DNA of 52,851 nt, from NCBI GenBank assembly GCA_016929655.1, contig JAFGIJ010000007.1:1-52851 (forward strand). The letters are read 5' to 3'. The translations under genes and the position numbers were made by a program. Source of the stretch: Clostridia bacterium. Lineage in GTDB: Bacteria; Bacillota; Clostridia; DUPQ01. The notes beneath the pieces were generated by a model. That model was given only the letters and a program-made list of their open reading frames with translations. It was not told where the DNA came from and did not search any database. Below are positions 40,662 through 51,697 of the stretch, one piece after another. Positions within the stretch are counted from its first letter, which is position 1, and each line of letters begins with the position of its first letter.

Positions 40662-42560
40662 TCATAGAACGGGCTTTTTACTTCTTATGATTTCCCTTAC
40701 ATTATCCTCATACTGACAGTAGAGCCTTCCTTTTTTGTCAAATTCAAGAAGGTTAACCTGCTTCTCTTCAAGCTGATCAAATACCATTTCCTGCAAATCC
40801 AAACTGAACAGGGTATTGGCTGTCACTATATAATACAGTTTGCCCGGGCCCTTCTTAATGAAGGAAACTTCCCACTTATAATCCTTGTTCCGATTGAATT
40901 CAGCGAGTTTTTTTGTGTATTCCACATTTCCTGTTTCACTGTCCATTATAAAGAATGTGCTGTCTGCACAACCCAGCAGTTTTCCTTCCGGTGTGAGGCA
41001 AAGCCCACCTGCATTCTTACAGCCACTGACAGGTTCTACTTCATAGATATATCTGTCATTTTTTGTGTCCAATGCAAAGACAGTCCCGCTTTCCTGCTTT
41101 GTATAGCTTCCCAAGCCACCGCATACTGTTGTTCCACCGTATAGTATTCCATTTTTATACTCAAGGGATACTATACTCCTTGAATCTGAAAAGTCCTTAC
41201 GAATTGTATGCTTTTTGTTTTTTATATCATAGACAGTAAGGGCTCCCTGGATATCGCCGTAGTTTGGAATCGTGCCTATGTATAATTTTTCGTCGAAGAC
41301 CTTAATTGCAAAAGGTCTGTCCTGGTTTGCAGGGGTTTTCAATTCAAAAAGTTCCCTGGGATTTCCAGGCATATTCCATGGCTTTTCAGGATCAAATTCA
41401 TAGATATATGCTCCGGGATATTTCCCAAAATATATTTTACCATCTCCTGAGGTTATACCTTCGCTCTGTCCCACACCATCATATTGTATGCCTGTATCAG
41501 TTTCCGGGTCGTAAATGCAGTGACCGCCTTTTAGATAGCCCGTTGAATATATAGTTCCGGTTCTGTCCATATGAAGCTGTCGTATTTCAATTGACTTTCT
41601 TGGAATCTCAATTTTGAAATCTGTTCTCTTCCCTGTTATTGTATTGTATAGGAAGAAACATCCACCGAAACTGCTGGTAATAACAGATTCGCCATCGGAA
41701 TAAGGCCAGATTCCCATTATTGTATCATCATCTTCCCCTATGAAATGATATATCCGGTCATTTTGCGGGTCAATTGTGTAGCCCCCGCTCCTGTATCCCA
41801 TTATCAACCGGCTGACATCAATCCCCATGGGAAGGATTTCTTCATTGGCTGCCGGACAGGGGAGCTTCTTCAATACTTCACCTGAATCAAGGTCTATTGC
41901 AACAATTTCATGGGACTGAGGCATATTGGCATAGATGGCATTGTTATAGAAACCAAGAATAATTACAAAGGACTCTTTTCTGTATTCCATCGGGAATATA
42001 TCCCTGACGATACCGATTCCTTCCTTGTATTCAACAACATGACTGTGGGCTGATATGCTTGCATAAAGGCTTTTACGGTCATGGTTATACAGGACAAGTC
42101 TGACATAGTCTTCCGTTGTAATAATTTTTTCATCATAGAAATCAAGCTTTTCGCTGATACCATTGTATTTGAAGACGGCACAGTTAGGCCACGTACCACC
42201 ATAAATATTATTTTCATTATCTGCATCAAGGCTGAATATGAATTTTGCATTGGGTAAATTGTCAAACAGGGTTTCAAATTTCTCCACCCTTGGGTCAAAC
42301 CTGTATAAGCCGCCATTGACGTAAGAGCCAAAATAGATTCTGCCATCACTGGCTTCGCAGACTCCCCAGGATCCGGTAGCTCCGGGAGCATCCTGTGAAA
42401 ATATTATTTTCTTTCTGTCAAGGCTTACAACAATGAAAGTTGCACACCCACCTTCTGCAAGAACGCCGTATATTCTGTTTTCCCCCTTATACACCGAGTA
42501 ACAAACTCCCTGCATCATGGTTTTTTTAACATTTATTGCTGTCTTTTCAAATTCAATCAT
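40662..42560 (-). CDS. large beta-propeller-like hypothetical protein
   Basis: Repeated GxIY(F/G)G(S/T)xP-type blades (GRIYFGSY, NIYGGTWP, KIYFGKYP, KLYIGTIP, ILYGGT); no signal peptide seen. Confidence 0.65.
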   Translation of the reverse strand: MIEFEKTAINVKKTMMQGVCYSVYKGENRIYGVLAEGGCATFIVVSLDRKKIIFSQDAPGATGSWGVCEASDGRIYFGSYVNGGLYRFDPRVEKFETLFDNLPNAKFIFSLDADNENNIYGGTWPNCAVFKYNGISEKLDFYDEKIITTEDYVRLVLYNHDRKSLYASISAHSHVVEYKEGIGIVRDIFPMEYRKESFVIILGFYNNAIYANMPQSHEIVAIDLDSGEVLKKLPCPAANEEILPMGIDVSRLIMGYRSGGYTIDPQNDRIYHFIGEDDDTIMGIWPYSDGESVITSSFGGCFFLYNTITGKRTDFKIEIPRKSIEIRQLHMDRTGTIYSTGYLKGGHCIYDPETDTGIQYDGVGQSEGITSGDGKIYFGKYPGAYIYEFDPEKPWNMPGNPRELFELKTPANQDRPFAIKVFDEKLYIGTIPNYGDIQGALTVYDIKNKKHTIRKDFSDSRSIVSLEYKNGILYGGTTVCGGLGSYTKQESGTVFALDTKNDRYIYEVEPVSGCKNAGGLCLTPEGKLLGCADSTFFIMDSETGNVEYTKKLAEFNRNKDYKWEVSFIKKGPGKLYYIVTANTLFSLDLQEMVFDQLEEKQVNLLEFDKKGRLYCQYEDNVREIIRSKKPVL

Positions 42561-42577
42561 GAATCCACCTTCTAATA

Positions 42578-42728
42578 ATTTCCCCAAACGTAAATAATTT
42601 ACCCAGACGTAAATATTTTCCCCAGACGTAAATATTTTCCCCAGACGTAAATATTTTCCCCAGGCGTAAATATTTTCCCAGGCGTAAATATTTTCCCCAG
42701 ACGTAAATATTTTCCCCAGGCGTAAATA
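42578..42728. repeat. tandem array, 8 x 19 bp (TTTTCCCCAGRCGTAAATA)
   Basis: Units at 42578, 42597, 42616, 42635, 42654, 42673 (18 bp), 42691 and 42710; no spacers. Confidence 0.97.
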
Positions 42729-42734
42729 TTACAC

Positions 42735-42763
42735 AAAAGCAGCCCCGGTTTCCCGGGGATGCT
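42735..42763 (-). terminator. intrinsic terminator after kdgK
   Basis: Minus strand AGCATCCCCGG-GAAA-CCGGGGCTGCT-TTT. Confidence 0.7.
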
Positions 42764-42765
42764 GG

Positions 42766-43794
42766 TTATCGCTGTACTCTTCCGGATCCATCTCCACCCA
42801 TAAGGCCGACTACATCTTTCACAGATACCCTGTTGAAGTCACCTGATATTGTGTGTTTCAGACAACTTGCTGCTACTGCGAACTCAAGGGCATCCTGGGG
42901 GTTTTCATAATTATTGAGTCCGTAAATCAATCCGCCTGCAAAGGAGTCACCTCCACCTACACGATCTATGATATGTGTCATATCATATTTTTTACTGAGA
43001 TAGAATTTTTTACCATCATTCAAACAGGCACTCCATCCATTATCGTCAGCACTTTTGCTTTCCCTGAGTGTAATGGCCATATATTTCAATGATGGGAATT
43101 CTGCCATGACCTTCTTTGAAAGCGCCTCATATTTGGATGTATCAAGATGTCCGCCTTTTACATCGGCATCAATACTTATACCCAGGGACTTCTGGCAATC
43201 TTCCTCGTTTGCTATACCAACATTTACATATTTGACTAGTTCAGGCATGACCTCTGTAGCTTTTTTACCGTATTTCCAAAGTTTATTCCTGAAATTGAAG
43301 TCACAGGAAATAGTTATTCCCCTGTCAGCTGCTGCCTTGACAGATTCAAATGCCAGAAGTCTTGCTGAATCACTTATTGCAGGTGTTATTCCTGTTATAT
43401 GAAACCAGTCTGCTCCGTCAAATACTGTATCCCAGTCGATGTCACCAGGTTTTGACAGTGAAATCGCAGAATATGCCCTGTCATATATGACCTTAGAAGG
43501 TCTTTGCACTGAACCTGCTTCAAGGTAATAAATTCCAAGGCGACCCTCCCCTGTCTTGATCAGTGAAACATCGACTCCAAAGCTACGAAGATCCCTTTTA
43601 CATGCATCTGCTATCTCATTGTCAGGAAGAACCGTAACAAATGCTGCATCCAGGCCGAAATTTGCAAGGGATACTGCCACATTGGCTTCTCCTCCACCGA
43701 ATGTTGCTTCAAACCCGGCACTTTGGAAGAATTTTTCCCTGTCCGGTGCCTTGAGCCTCAGCATTATTTCTCCGAAGGTTACCACTCTTTTCAT
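42766..43794 (-). CDS. kdgK: 2-keto-3-deoxygluconate kinase (PfkB family)
   Basis: [29 protein letters not shown] and DRVGGGDSF; adjacent to eda. Confidence 0.9.
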   Translation of the reverse strand: MKRVVTFGEIMLRLKAPDREKFFQSAGFEATFGGGEANVAVSLANFGLDAAFVTVLPDNEIADACKRDLRSFGVDVSLIKTGEGRLGIYYLEAGSVQRPSKVIYDRAYSAISLSKPGDIDWDTVFDGADWFHITGITPAISDSARLLAFESVKAAADRGITISCDFNFRNKLWKYGKKATEVMPELVKYVNVGIANEEDCQKSLGISIDADVKGGHLDTSKYEALSKKVMAEFPSLKYMAITLRESKSADDNGWSACLNDGKKFYLSKKYDMTHIIDRVGGGDSFAGGLIYGLNNYENPQDALEFAVAASCLKHTISGDFNRVSVKDVVGLMGGDGSGRVQR

Positions 43795-44438
43795 AATGCT
43801 GCCCTCGCTTCCTTGATTTTCTTGAGGAATTCCTTTGCAGTAGCAGTAATTGCAGCATAATCACCTGTCTTTGCGCCTTTTGTCAGGCTGCTTCCAGCTC
43901 CAACCGCCACTGCACCCGCCTTGATCCATTCTTCAACATTATCAACTTCCACTCCACCTGTCGGCATCATCTGTGCCTGTGGAAGAGGACCTTTGACTGA
44001 TTTGATGATTGAAGGGCCGAAAAGATCACCCGGAAATATCTTGATGATGTCTGCCCCTGCTTCCATGGCAAGGATTATTTCGTTGATGGTCATGGCTCCC
44101 GGCATTGATGGCACCTGATAACGATTGCAAAGCTTAATTGTATCCAGATTTATGTTTGGACTTACAATATATTGTGCACCAGAAAGAATGGCTATTCTTG
44201 CTGTTTCAGGATCTAGAACGGTTCCTGCTCCGAGGATTATTTCTCCCGATTGATATTTTGATGCAAGATCTTCGATTATCTTGTGGGCACCGGGTACCGT
44301 GAAAGTAATTTCGATTGCAGCAACGCCGCCTTCTATACATGCATCAGTTATCCTGTATGCTTTTTCAGCGGACTCTGCCCTTACAACAGCCACCAGGCCA
44401 TTGTCTGTGATTCTTGTAACCAACTTCTGTCTGTTCAT
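43791..44438 (-). CDS. eda: KDPG/KHG aldolase
   Basis: VAVVR, IEIT, GAGTVLD, IVSP, KIFPG and MPTGGV. Confidence 0.92.
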   Translation of the reverse strand: MNRQKLVTRITDNGLVAVVRAESAEKAYRITDACIEGGVAAIEITFTVPGAHKIIEDLASKYQSGEIILGAGTVLDPETARIAILSGAQYIVSPNINLDTIKLCNRYQVPSMPGAMTINEIILAMEAGADIIKIFPGDLFGPSIIKSVKGPLPQAQMMPTGGVEVDNVEEWIKAGAVAVGAGSSLTKGAKTGDYAAITATAKEFLKKIKEARAAL

Positions 44439-44453
44439 GATTATTCCTTTCAA

Positions 44454-45080
44454 TTACACTTCAAATTTATCTGCTTCAACCATGGCACAAAGTGCATGAT
44501 ATATCGGAAGATGGTATTCCTGGATCCTGTAGGTTTCCGTTGCCGGAGCTTTTATTGTCACGGTACAGTTATCCAGTAACTTTCCACCGTTTCTCCCTGT
44601 CATTCCAATTGTTTTCATCCCAAAAGCATTTGCGACCCGGACTGCATTGTTGACATTGGCTGCATTTCCTGATGTTGATATGGCAATCAAAACACTGTCC
44701 CTGTTTCTGTAACCATACACCTGCTGGGCAAAAACCATATCAGGTTCCACATCGTTCATGAATGCAGTCGCAATGGACGTCTGGCTTACAAGTGATATTG
44801 CAGGCAATGTACCCTGGAGATTCCCATACAAATATTCATCCTCCAGCAAATCCCTGTCTTCCTTTGGAAGAGGTCTTTTCTTAAGAAAACCTTTCATAAG
44901 TTCACCGACAATATGTTCGCTGTCAGCTGCACTTCCACCATTGCCGCAGACCAGCACCATACCACCGTTCCTGTAGCACTCCATGATGATTTCATAGGCC
45001 CTCTGTAAATCATCACTGCAGGTTTGCAGAGCCGGATTGTCCAGCATTGTTTTTTCCAGTATTTTCAATGATTCTTTCAT
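44454..45080 (-). CDS. SIS-domain phosphosugar isomerase (GmhA-like)
   Basis: CGNGGSAADSEH, STSGN and IQEYH. Confidence 0.85.
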   Translation of the reverse strand: MKESLKILEKTMLDNPALQTCSDDLQRAYEIIMECYRNGGMVLVCGNGGSAADSEHIVGELMKGFLKKRPLPKEDRDLLEDEYLYGNLQGTLPAISLVSQTSIATAFMNDVEPDMVFAQQVYGYRNRDSVLIAISTSGNAANVNNAVRVANAFGMKTIGMTGRNGGKLLDNCTVTIKAPATETYRIQEYHLPIYHALCAMVEADKFEV

Positions 45081-45081
45081 A

Positions 45082-46083
45082 TTACATTTCCTTTGCCATT
45101 TCGTAAGCAGCTATGGACAAGGCCTCCAAATCGCCTATCTTTTCACCCTGTGCAGCAGGGACAACCTTGCATACTTTTCTCGAATGTACAAGTGTCTCCC
45201 TTTCAATAACTTCCTTTGCATGAGGCCACAATATATCAGTACTTCTTGCAAAAATACTTCCTATTGCTATTATCTCCGGATTCAGTATATCAATGAAAAT
45301 GGAAAGAGCCTTCCCAAGATGTTCCCCACTGATCCTATATATCTCCAAACCCAGTTCATCACCGGCTTCAGCTGCATCCCCAACAATTTTGGCGGTGAGA
45401 TTGTCAAGATCATCAATGGACTTGCAAAAAGATACCTTTTCACCCATCTGAAGCTTCTCAAGGACCTTTGTCCTTGCTATCTGGGCTATCCCTCCTCCGC
45501 TGCAGAAGCCCTCGCATGAACCCGCTTTTCCGAATCCAACGGGGCCATTGTCCGCAAGCCTGACATGTCCTACTTCCCCCGCCATGTCACTTGTTCCTGA
45601 GTATAGCCTTCCGTCAAGTATCAATCCTGCGCCGAAACCTGTACCAAATGTAATGAACATTACATTGCTGTAACCTTTGCCGGCACCGTAAAGCCACTCT
45701 GCAAGAGCACCTGCATTGGCATCATTCTGAAGCTTGCTTTTTATACCGAATCTTTTTTCAAAGATATCAACAATGGGTATTTCGTCCCATCCCAGAAGAT
45801 TGGGAGGAGAGAGTATCATTCCGCTCCTGCTGTTTACCGGGCCCCCGCAGTTTATGCCGATGCAGGCAATGTCTCTGTTCCTGAGATTATTCTTTTCAAT
45901 TATTTTTTCAGTTTCAATACAGAATCTTTCTATTACATCATAAGGTTTTCCCTCAGTTGGAAATTTGACCCTGTCGATTACAACAGGTTCCCTGGACAGA
46001 AAATCATCGCCATCATCGGTTTTTCCAAGTACTACTGCACATTTTGTGCCCCCTATGTCAATTCCAATCAGATACATTCTCAA
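45082..46083 (-). CDS. ROK-family sugar kinase
   Basis: GIDIGGTK, NDANA, GTGFGAG, GEVGH and EGFCSG; no HTH. Confidence 0.88.
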   Translation of the reverse strand: MRMYLIGIDIGGTKCAVVLGKTDDGDDFLSREPVVIDRVKFPTEGKPYDVIERFCIETEKIIEKNNLRNRDIACIGINCGGPVNSRSGMILSPPNLLGWDEIPIVDIFEKRFGIKSKLQNDANAGALAEWLYGAGKGYSNVMFITFGTGFGAGLILDGRLYSGTSDMAGEVGHVRLADNGPVGFGKAGSCEGFCSGGGIAQIARTKVLEKLQMGEKVSFCKSIDDLDNLTAKIVGDAAEAGDELGLEIYRISGEHLGKALSIFIDILNPEIIAIGSIFARSTDILWPHAKEVIERETLVHSRKVCKVVPAAQGEKIGDLEALSIAAYEMAKEM

Positions 46084-46142
46084 TAATCCCTTTCAATGAA
46101 CAGTGATAAATATATATTACAGTAAAAACAGTGTCAATACAG

Positions 46143-47291
46143 CTAAGATATACCGACCTGCTTCTTCCATTCATCCACCAAAGCCAGAGTATTGTTCCAG
46201 TTGAAGTGCTGCCTTATACTGTTTGTAACTCCAAGTACAAAGCGTTTGCCATGGAATACTTCCATTGCGTCTCTTACTGCTTTTCTTGTACTTTCATCAT
46301 CGGCTGCAGTCAGGCACACAGGACTGCTGACCCCTGTCCATATGGCAGAAGCGTCTGACAGACCTTCCATTACATCACGGTTCGAGCAATTGCTGAGTTC
46401 TGGTTCAAAGCCCTCAACAATATCGAATCCAATCTCTGCAATGTCCCTGAGCAATGGTTTCATCCCGGTTACTACCCTATAGTACATGGGTCTTCCATAT
46501 CTTTTTGCTTCAGCTGCTTCTTTCTTAGCAAGGGGCACTACCACATCCCTGAATATTGATGGGGAAAAGAAATTGGTCTGCTCATATCCGCCGAACCTCT
46601 TGAAAAGATCTATATTATAGTAATCTGCGATTTTCATTCTTTCCAGGGTCATCTCGTACTCATAAACAGCGAGCTTTGCAAATTCCTCCGGATGATCCAT
46701 TGCAAAAAGCACAAAGTTTTCAGCGCCCATGCAAAACATGAGAACAGCAAGACCCTGCCCCACTGTTGCCCTGGTAAGGACCTGGTGTTTTGAAGCTATA
46801 TCAAAAAGTCTTCCATTTGCAATCCTTGTTTTTTCAATACTGTCCGGGGAAGGTGGATACCAGAGATATTTGAAAGACTTTATATCTTCCGGCTCTTTTA
46901 TCAGCGGTTCATAGTTATTGCTTGCACAGTGATCATTGCCTGGGAATGGTATGTCTTCACCATATGGCCAGTCCGGTGTTCTTCTCACTCCCTGGCGCAG
47001 GATTCCTTCCGGAGTAACATATTCCTTGAAGAGAACAGGGTAATTTTCTCCATCGATTTCCTCGGTCCACACCTTGGTTTGCACATCAGGCCATATACCA
47101 AATTCAGGCATGGGTATATCAATCACCGGTTCTGTTCCAAGGTCCATGTAACACCTGACTCTGTCTTCCGGGTCCGATAAATCATAGCCCTCAATTCTAA
47201 GTGCATTGTTGAAATATATGCTGCAGGGAACATAATCAATTTCAGTGCCTGTAAAAGCAGCAAACATTCTTTCCCTTGATGTCATTTTCAC
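46143..47291 (-). CDS. divergent URO-D/MtaA-fold hypothetical protein
   Basis: MTSRERM start, TPEG, MGAENF, FFSPSIFR and FVLGVTNSI, resembling the URO-D superfamily. Confidence 0.55.
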   Translation of the reverse strand: MKMTSRERMFAAFTGTEIDYVPCSIYFNNALRIEGYDLSDPEDRVRCYMDLGTEPVIDIPMPEFGIWPDVQTKVWTEEIDGENYPVLFKEYVTPEGILRQGVRRTPDWPYGEDIPFPGNDHCASNNYEPLIKEPEDIKSFKYLWYPPSPDSIEKTRIANGRLFDIASKHQVLTRATVGQGLAVLMFCMGAENFVLFAMDHPEEFAKLAVYEYEMTLERMKIADYYNIDLFKRFGGYEQTNFFSPSIFRDVVVPLAKKEAAEAKRYGRPMYYRVVTGMKPLLRDIAEIGFDIVEGFEPELSNCSNRDVMEGLSDASAIWTGVSSPVCLTAADDESTRKAVRDAMEVFHGKRFVLGVTNSIRQHFNWNNTLALVDEWKKQVGIS

Positions 47292-47363
47292 GGCAAGCCC
47301 CCTTTATAGGATATATTTTACACCAATGACGCGTCTGTGTACCGTTGATTACAAATCGAATTC

Positions 47364-47404
47364 TTGCAATTCCCCCGCAGTATGATAAAATAGAACATAT
47401 GTTC
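47364..47404 (+). promoter_or_regulatory. sigma-A promoter with LexA (SOS/Cheo) box
   Basis: TTGCAA-16 nt-(TG)TAAAAT followed by GAAC-ATAT-GTTC (47393-47404), the Gram-positive consensus GAAC-N4-GTTC. Confidence 0.88.
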
Positions 47405-47412
47405 GGTATATT

Positions 47413-48660
47413 ATGGATAGAATGATTTTTCACATAGACTGCAACAATGCATTTCTGTCATGGGAAGCGGCATATCGTCTGACTAAAGGGGACACCCTTG
47501 ACATCAGGACCATACCGGCTGTCATCGGCGGAAACAGGGAGAAGCGCAAGGGTATAGTTCTTGCGAGTTCTTATCCTGCAAAAAAATATGGTATTCGAAC
47601 CGGCATGTCGCTGATGGAAGCTTGCAAACTGTGCCCTTCACTGGATATCAATCCTCCTGATTATGATCTTTATGTACAATGCTCCGATGAAATGATGGCA
47701 CTGCTCTCAAAACACACACCACTCGTGGAACGTTACAGTATAGATGAGTGTTTTGCAGATGTTACCGGGTGTTATACAGGGGACGCCAAAGATTTTGCTG
47801 ATATGCTGAGGAATGAAATATCATCGACCCTTGGATTTACTGTAAACATAGGGGTCTCCAATTCCAAGCTTCTTGCCAAGACAGCCTCTGGTTTTTCTAA
47901 ACCCGATAAAACCCATGAGCTATATTCTGATGAGCTTGAGGAAAAATATTTTCCTCTTCCCATACACAAGCTTTTCATGATCGGCTTTCGAACCTGCATG
48001 AAACTGTATAACCTCGGATACAGAAAAATCGGCGATGTGGCCCATGAGGACCCCAAACTACTTAGGAAGCATTTCAAGCTGTTCGGCCTTTTGATATGGT
48101 CCAATGCAAACGGAGTTGACCACTCTCCCGTGAGGCCCTATGATGAAAGACCAAAGGGAATCGGCAACGGCATGACTCTTCCTGCAGATGCTGAAACCCC
48201 TGAGGAAGCTTATCCCTTCATGCTCTCACTTTGTGAAATATCTTCCCAAAGACTCCGCGCAGCAGGGATGCAGGCTTACACCATCTCCCTTGGAATACGG
48301 ACCAATGATTTTCGTTTCAATTCACACCAGCGAAAGCTTGTTTCTCCCACCCAGAGTACCAAGGAAATATATAACATCTGCAGAATGCTGTATAATGAAT
48401 TATGGGACAAAACACCGGTACGGGGAATTTCCGTCAGACTTGCGGGCCTTGTAACCGGCGGGACAATACAGCTTGATATGCTGGGAAACAATGAGGCACG
48501 CCAGCAGAAAATTGACAACTGTATAGATGGAATAAGGGAAAAATACGGCGACAGCTGCCTCCGAAGAGCAAGTACAATCAACTCAGGCGCTGAACCGGTT
48601 GCGGTTACGACCCATAAGAAATACCCGAAGATCAAACCGAACATAATGAATGGAGCATAA
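47413..48660 (+). CDS. dinB: Y-family translesion DNA polymerase (DinB/UmuC-like)
   Basis: FHIDCNNAF, SYPAKKYG, YSIDE, KLLAK, clamp motif QLDML and IREKYG. Confidence 0.9.
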   Translation: MDRMIFHIDCNNAFLSWEAAYRLTKGDTLDIRTIPAVIGGNREKRKGIVLASSYPAKKYGIRTGMSLMEACKLCPSLDINPPDYDLYVQCSDEMMALLSKHTPLVERYSIDECFADVTGCYTGDAKDFADMLRNEISSTLGFTVNIGVSNSKLLAKTASGFSKPDKTHELYSDELEEKYFPLPIHKLFMIGFRTCMKLYNLGYRKIGDVAHEDPKLLRKHFKLFGLLIWSNANGVDHSPVRPYDERPKGIGNGMTLPADAETPEEAYPFMLSLCEISSQRLRAAGMQAYTISLGIRTNDFRFNSHQRKLVSPTQSTKEIYNICRMLYNELWDKTPVRGISVRLAGLVTGGTIQLDMLGNNEARQQKIDNCIDGIREKYGDSCLRRASTINSGAEPVAVTTHKKYPKIKPNIMNGA

Positions 48661-48661
48661 T

Positions 48662-49222
48662 ATGTGCGGACGATACATTATTTTTACAAGTGAAGAGTAT
48701 AAGGAGATGAAGGCTATTCTCAGGGAAATTTCCAAGCACTATAAAACCGGCATTGGTACATTTTCTGCCGGCGAGATTTTCCCATCAACGGATGTTCCTG
48801 CTGTAGTAAATGTTTCCGGTGGTACAGGTTATGGTATGCTCAAATGGGGAATGGAGCTATATAATTCAAAAAAACTGTTAATAAATGCGCGAGGTGAAAC
48901 TCTGGGTGAAAAAAGAATGTTCAGTTCTCTGCTGGAATCAGGCAGATGTCTTCTGCCGGCAAATGGTTTTTTTGAGTGGAAGGACAAGGAAAAGTATTTC
49001 ATCAAACCCTGTGATTTACAGACCTTCTATATGGCCGGCCTATACAACAAAGACGGCCGAATGGTTATTGTAACGACATCGGCTAACTCTGAAATGGAGC
49101 AGATACATGACAGGATGCCGGTTATCTTCAATCAGGAGACCGGACGCATGTGGCTTGATAAATATGATTCAGGACTGCTTGTTCCCTACCAGAAACCTCT
49201 GGAAATCAAAAAAGCCGGATAA
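48662..49222 (+). CDS. SOS response-associated peptidase (SRAP/HMCES/YedK family)
   Basis: N-terminal M-C-G-R-Y at 48662 after GGAG; INARGE, GFFEW and IHDRMPVI. Confidence 0.93.
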   Translation: MCGRYIIFTSEEYKEMKAILREISKHYKTGIGTFSAGEIFPSTDVPAVVNVSGGTGYGMLKWGMELYNSKKLLINARGETLGEKRMFSSLLESGRCLLPANGFFEWKDKEKYFIKPCDLQTFYMAGLYNKDGRMVIVTTSANSEMEQIHDRMPVIFNQETGRMWLDKYDSGLLVPYQKPLEIKKAG

Positions 49223-49233
49223 CTCCGGCTTTT
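49208..49233. terminator. bidirectional terminator
   Basis: AAAAGCCGGA-TAAC-TCCGGCTTTT. Confidence 0.8.
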
Positions 49234-49248
49234 TGTCTGATGCTTTTC

Positions 49249-51591
49249 TTACTCTGTCCTCAATGCAACAACGGGATCTTTTCTTGCAGCTATTCTGCTT
49301 GGAATAAGGCCTGCTATGAATGTAAGTCCTACACTGATTGCAACAAGCCCCAATGCCTTTGCTATGGGGAGTGCCGCAAATCCTGGTACCTCAATGACCC
49401 TTGAGATTATCAGATTGATTGGCAATATCAGTACTGCCGTAGCCAAAACTCCGAATATTCCGGAAGTAAAGCCTATAATTATCGCTTCAGCAATGAACAC
49501 CCGACTGATGTCCTTTTTACGGGCACCTATGCTTCGGAGTATTCCTATTTCCTTTGTTCTTTCAACAACGGATACATATGTAATGATTCCTATCATGATT
49601 GATGAAACCACCAATGAAATAGCAGCAAAAGCAGAAAGAATGACTGTAATTGTGTTTATCAGGGATGAAATTGTCCCCGATATTGTTTCTGCAAGGTCTG
49701 AGTATATGATCTTATCCGTATCTTCGCGGTCTGTATTATATGAGTCAAGATATGACTTAATATCATCCTTTGTATCAAAGGAAACGGGGTATATCTGAAT
49801 GGCTGATGGAGTTGAATCCCCACCTATCAGCTGCATGGTACTTTGATATGTTGAATCCTCTGTGAAATCCCTTCCTGACAAAACACTTTTCAGTGGACTC
49901 TGACGCTGCGCTTCCACTATTTCTGAATCAGAAGCATGAGCAAGCACCTGGTCCGTCAGCAGTGTAGTATAACCAATGCCAGTATTTAAAATTTCACTTG
50001 AGGCTGATTCCTTCACACGCATTATTCCAACTATTTTGATTGTCATTGCTTTTTCGCTTTTTGCCATTTCAGTGAAATTATTGCCTGCTGCAAAAAGCTC
50101 TCCGTTATTTACATAATAATCATCATTGTCTACAACAATGAATTCCATTCCCAGAAAATCTTCAAAACCAAATTCGTCTTCAGTAAAAATACCGAATTCC
50201 TCCAGGAAACCTGTACTGACCCTGTTCTTTTTATCAACTATGAGAACAACTTCATTATATGTCTCAGGATATCTGCTGCTTTCTCCCAGAAGATCATACT
50301 GTGATTCAATGAACTCTCTGTCACTTGGTATTTCATTGAAATTGTTGTTTGTGTTGAAAATCGCAAAGGGACCTGATGAAGACCTTGTTCCCACTTTAAC
50401 ATAGCCACCGTCATCAGTCTTGGCAAGCAGAATAATTGAAACCCTTCTTGAATATGATATAGAGTTATAGAAAGAATCGTCCATTGCTCCCAGATAATCC
50501 AGGAAATCATCTGTAATTACATTTTTGTGTGTACGGGAATTTTCATCCGGGTCGTATGAAAGAATGCTTTCGGAGTCAGGAAAATCTGATTCAGTATTTC
50601 CACCTAAAAAGTTTTCGCTGTTTTCCCTCCTCGCCTCCATCATATCTGTGTTTGTGCTGACATTCTGATTAATTGTAATGGGAAACCCTGCCAGCGTATC
50701 GCTTTGCATTGAGTCCACATATATGGTCATTCCATTGCTAAGCGCAAGTACCAATGCAATACCGATGATGCCAATACTTCCTGCAAATGCAGTTATTATT
50801 GTTCTCATTTTCTTGCTGATTAGATTTCTGTAGCTTGATTTCAATGCTGTGAGAAATGACATTGAAACTTTTTTATTCTTCAGCTTTTCTATGAATGAAA
50901 CTTCATCGTCTTTTCCGTATATCCTGCTGTCTTCATTAACTTCGCCATCCAGTAATTTGATTATCCTGTCACTGTAAGCCTCTGCAAGTTCAGTATTGTG
51001 GGTAACCATGATTACCAATCTGTCTTTGCTGATTTTTTTCAATATATCAAGAATAGCAATGCTGGTTTTTGAGTCTATTGCTCCTGTTGGTTCATCCGCC
51101 AGAAGAATCTTGGGTTTGTTGACCAATGCCCGCGCAATTGCAACCCTCTGCATCTGCCCGCCGGAAAGCTGGTTTGGTTTTTTGTACAGTTGATCGGCAA
51201 GCCCAACATCGGAAAGAACTTCGATTGCTCTTTTTTTTCTTTCGGCTGCACCTACACCCGAAAGAGTCATTGCTATCTCAACATTATTCAGAACAGTCAG
51301 ATGGGATATTAGGTTATAGTTCTGAAAGACAAAACCTATGGTGGCATTTCTGTATGAATCCCATTCACTTTCCTTGAAATCCTTTGTAGATTTATCGTCA
51401 AGAATCAGATCGCCGGCATCATATCTGTCCAGACCACCTATAATGTTAAGCATTGTTGTTTTTCCACAGCCTGATGGGCCCAGTACTGAAACAAACTCAT
51501 TCTTTCTGAATTCCAGATTTATTTTTTTCAAGGCATGTGTCACTGTGTTTCCTGCCTTGTAATCCTTTGATATGTTTGTTAGTTTAAGCAT
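49249..51591 (-). CDS. fused ABC ATP-binding/FtsX-permease (MacB-like)
   Basis: [37 protein letters not shown] and DPVVALR. Confidence 0.93.
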   Translation of the reverse strand: MLKLTNISKDYKAGNTVTHALKKINLEFRKNEFVSVLGPSGCGKTTMLNIIGGLDRYDAGDLILDDKSTKDFKESEWDSYRNATIGFVFQNYNLISHLTVLNNVEIAMTLSGVGAAERKKRAIEVLSDVGLADQLYKKPNQLSGGQMQRVAIARALVNKPKILLADEPTGAIDSKTSIAILDILKKISKDRLVIMVTHNTELAEAYSDRIIKLLDGEVNEDSRIYGKDDEVSFIEKLKNKKVSMSFLTALKSSYRNLISKKMRTIITAFAGSIGIIGIALVLALSNGMTIYVDSMQSDTLAGFPITINQNVSTNTDMMEARRENSENFLGGNTESDFPDSESILSYDPDENSRTHKNVITDDFLDYLGAMDDSFYNSISYSRRVSIILLAKTDDGGYVKVGTRSSSGPFAIFNTNNNFNEIPSDREFIESQYDLLGESSRYPETYNEVVLIVDKKNRVSTGFLEEFGIFTEDEFGFEDFLGMEFIVVDNDDYYVNNGELFAAGNNFTEMAKSEKAMTIKIVGIMRVKESASSEILNTGIGYTTLLTDQVLAHASDSEIVEAQRQSPLKSVLSGRDFTEDSTYQSTMQLIGGDSTPSAIQIYPVSFDTKDDIKSYLDSYNTDREDTDKIIYSDLAETISGTISSLINTITVILSAFAAISLVVSSIMIGIITYVSVVERTKEIGILRSIGARKKDISRVFIAEAIIIGFTSGIFGVLATAVLILPINLIISRVIEVPGFAALPIAKALGLVAISVGLTFIAGLIPSRIAARKDPVVALRTE

Positions 51592-51697
51592 TGTTTCTCC
51601 GTTTCATTTATTCAATCTATTTATGATACCCTTTCCAGCAGTTTTTATGTTTGAAAATCACTCCAGCCAGTAAATTGTACCACTCACATTCCCTACC

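Noticed and set aside
42578-42728. CRISPR array
   Set aside because: Units are contiguous with no unique spacers, only 19 bp long, and no cas genes are in the window.
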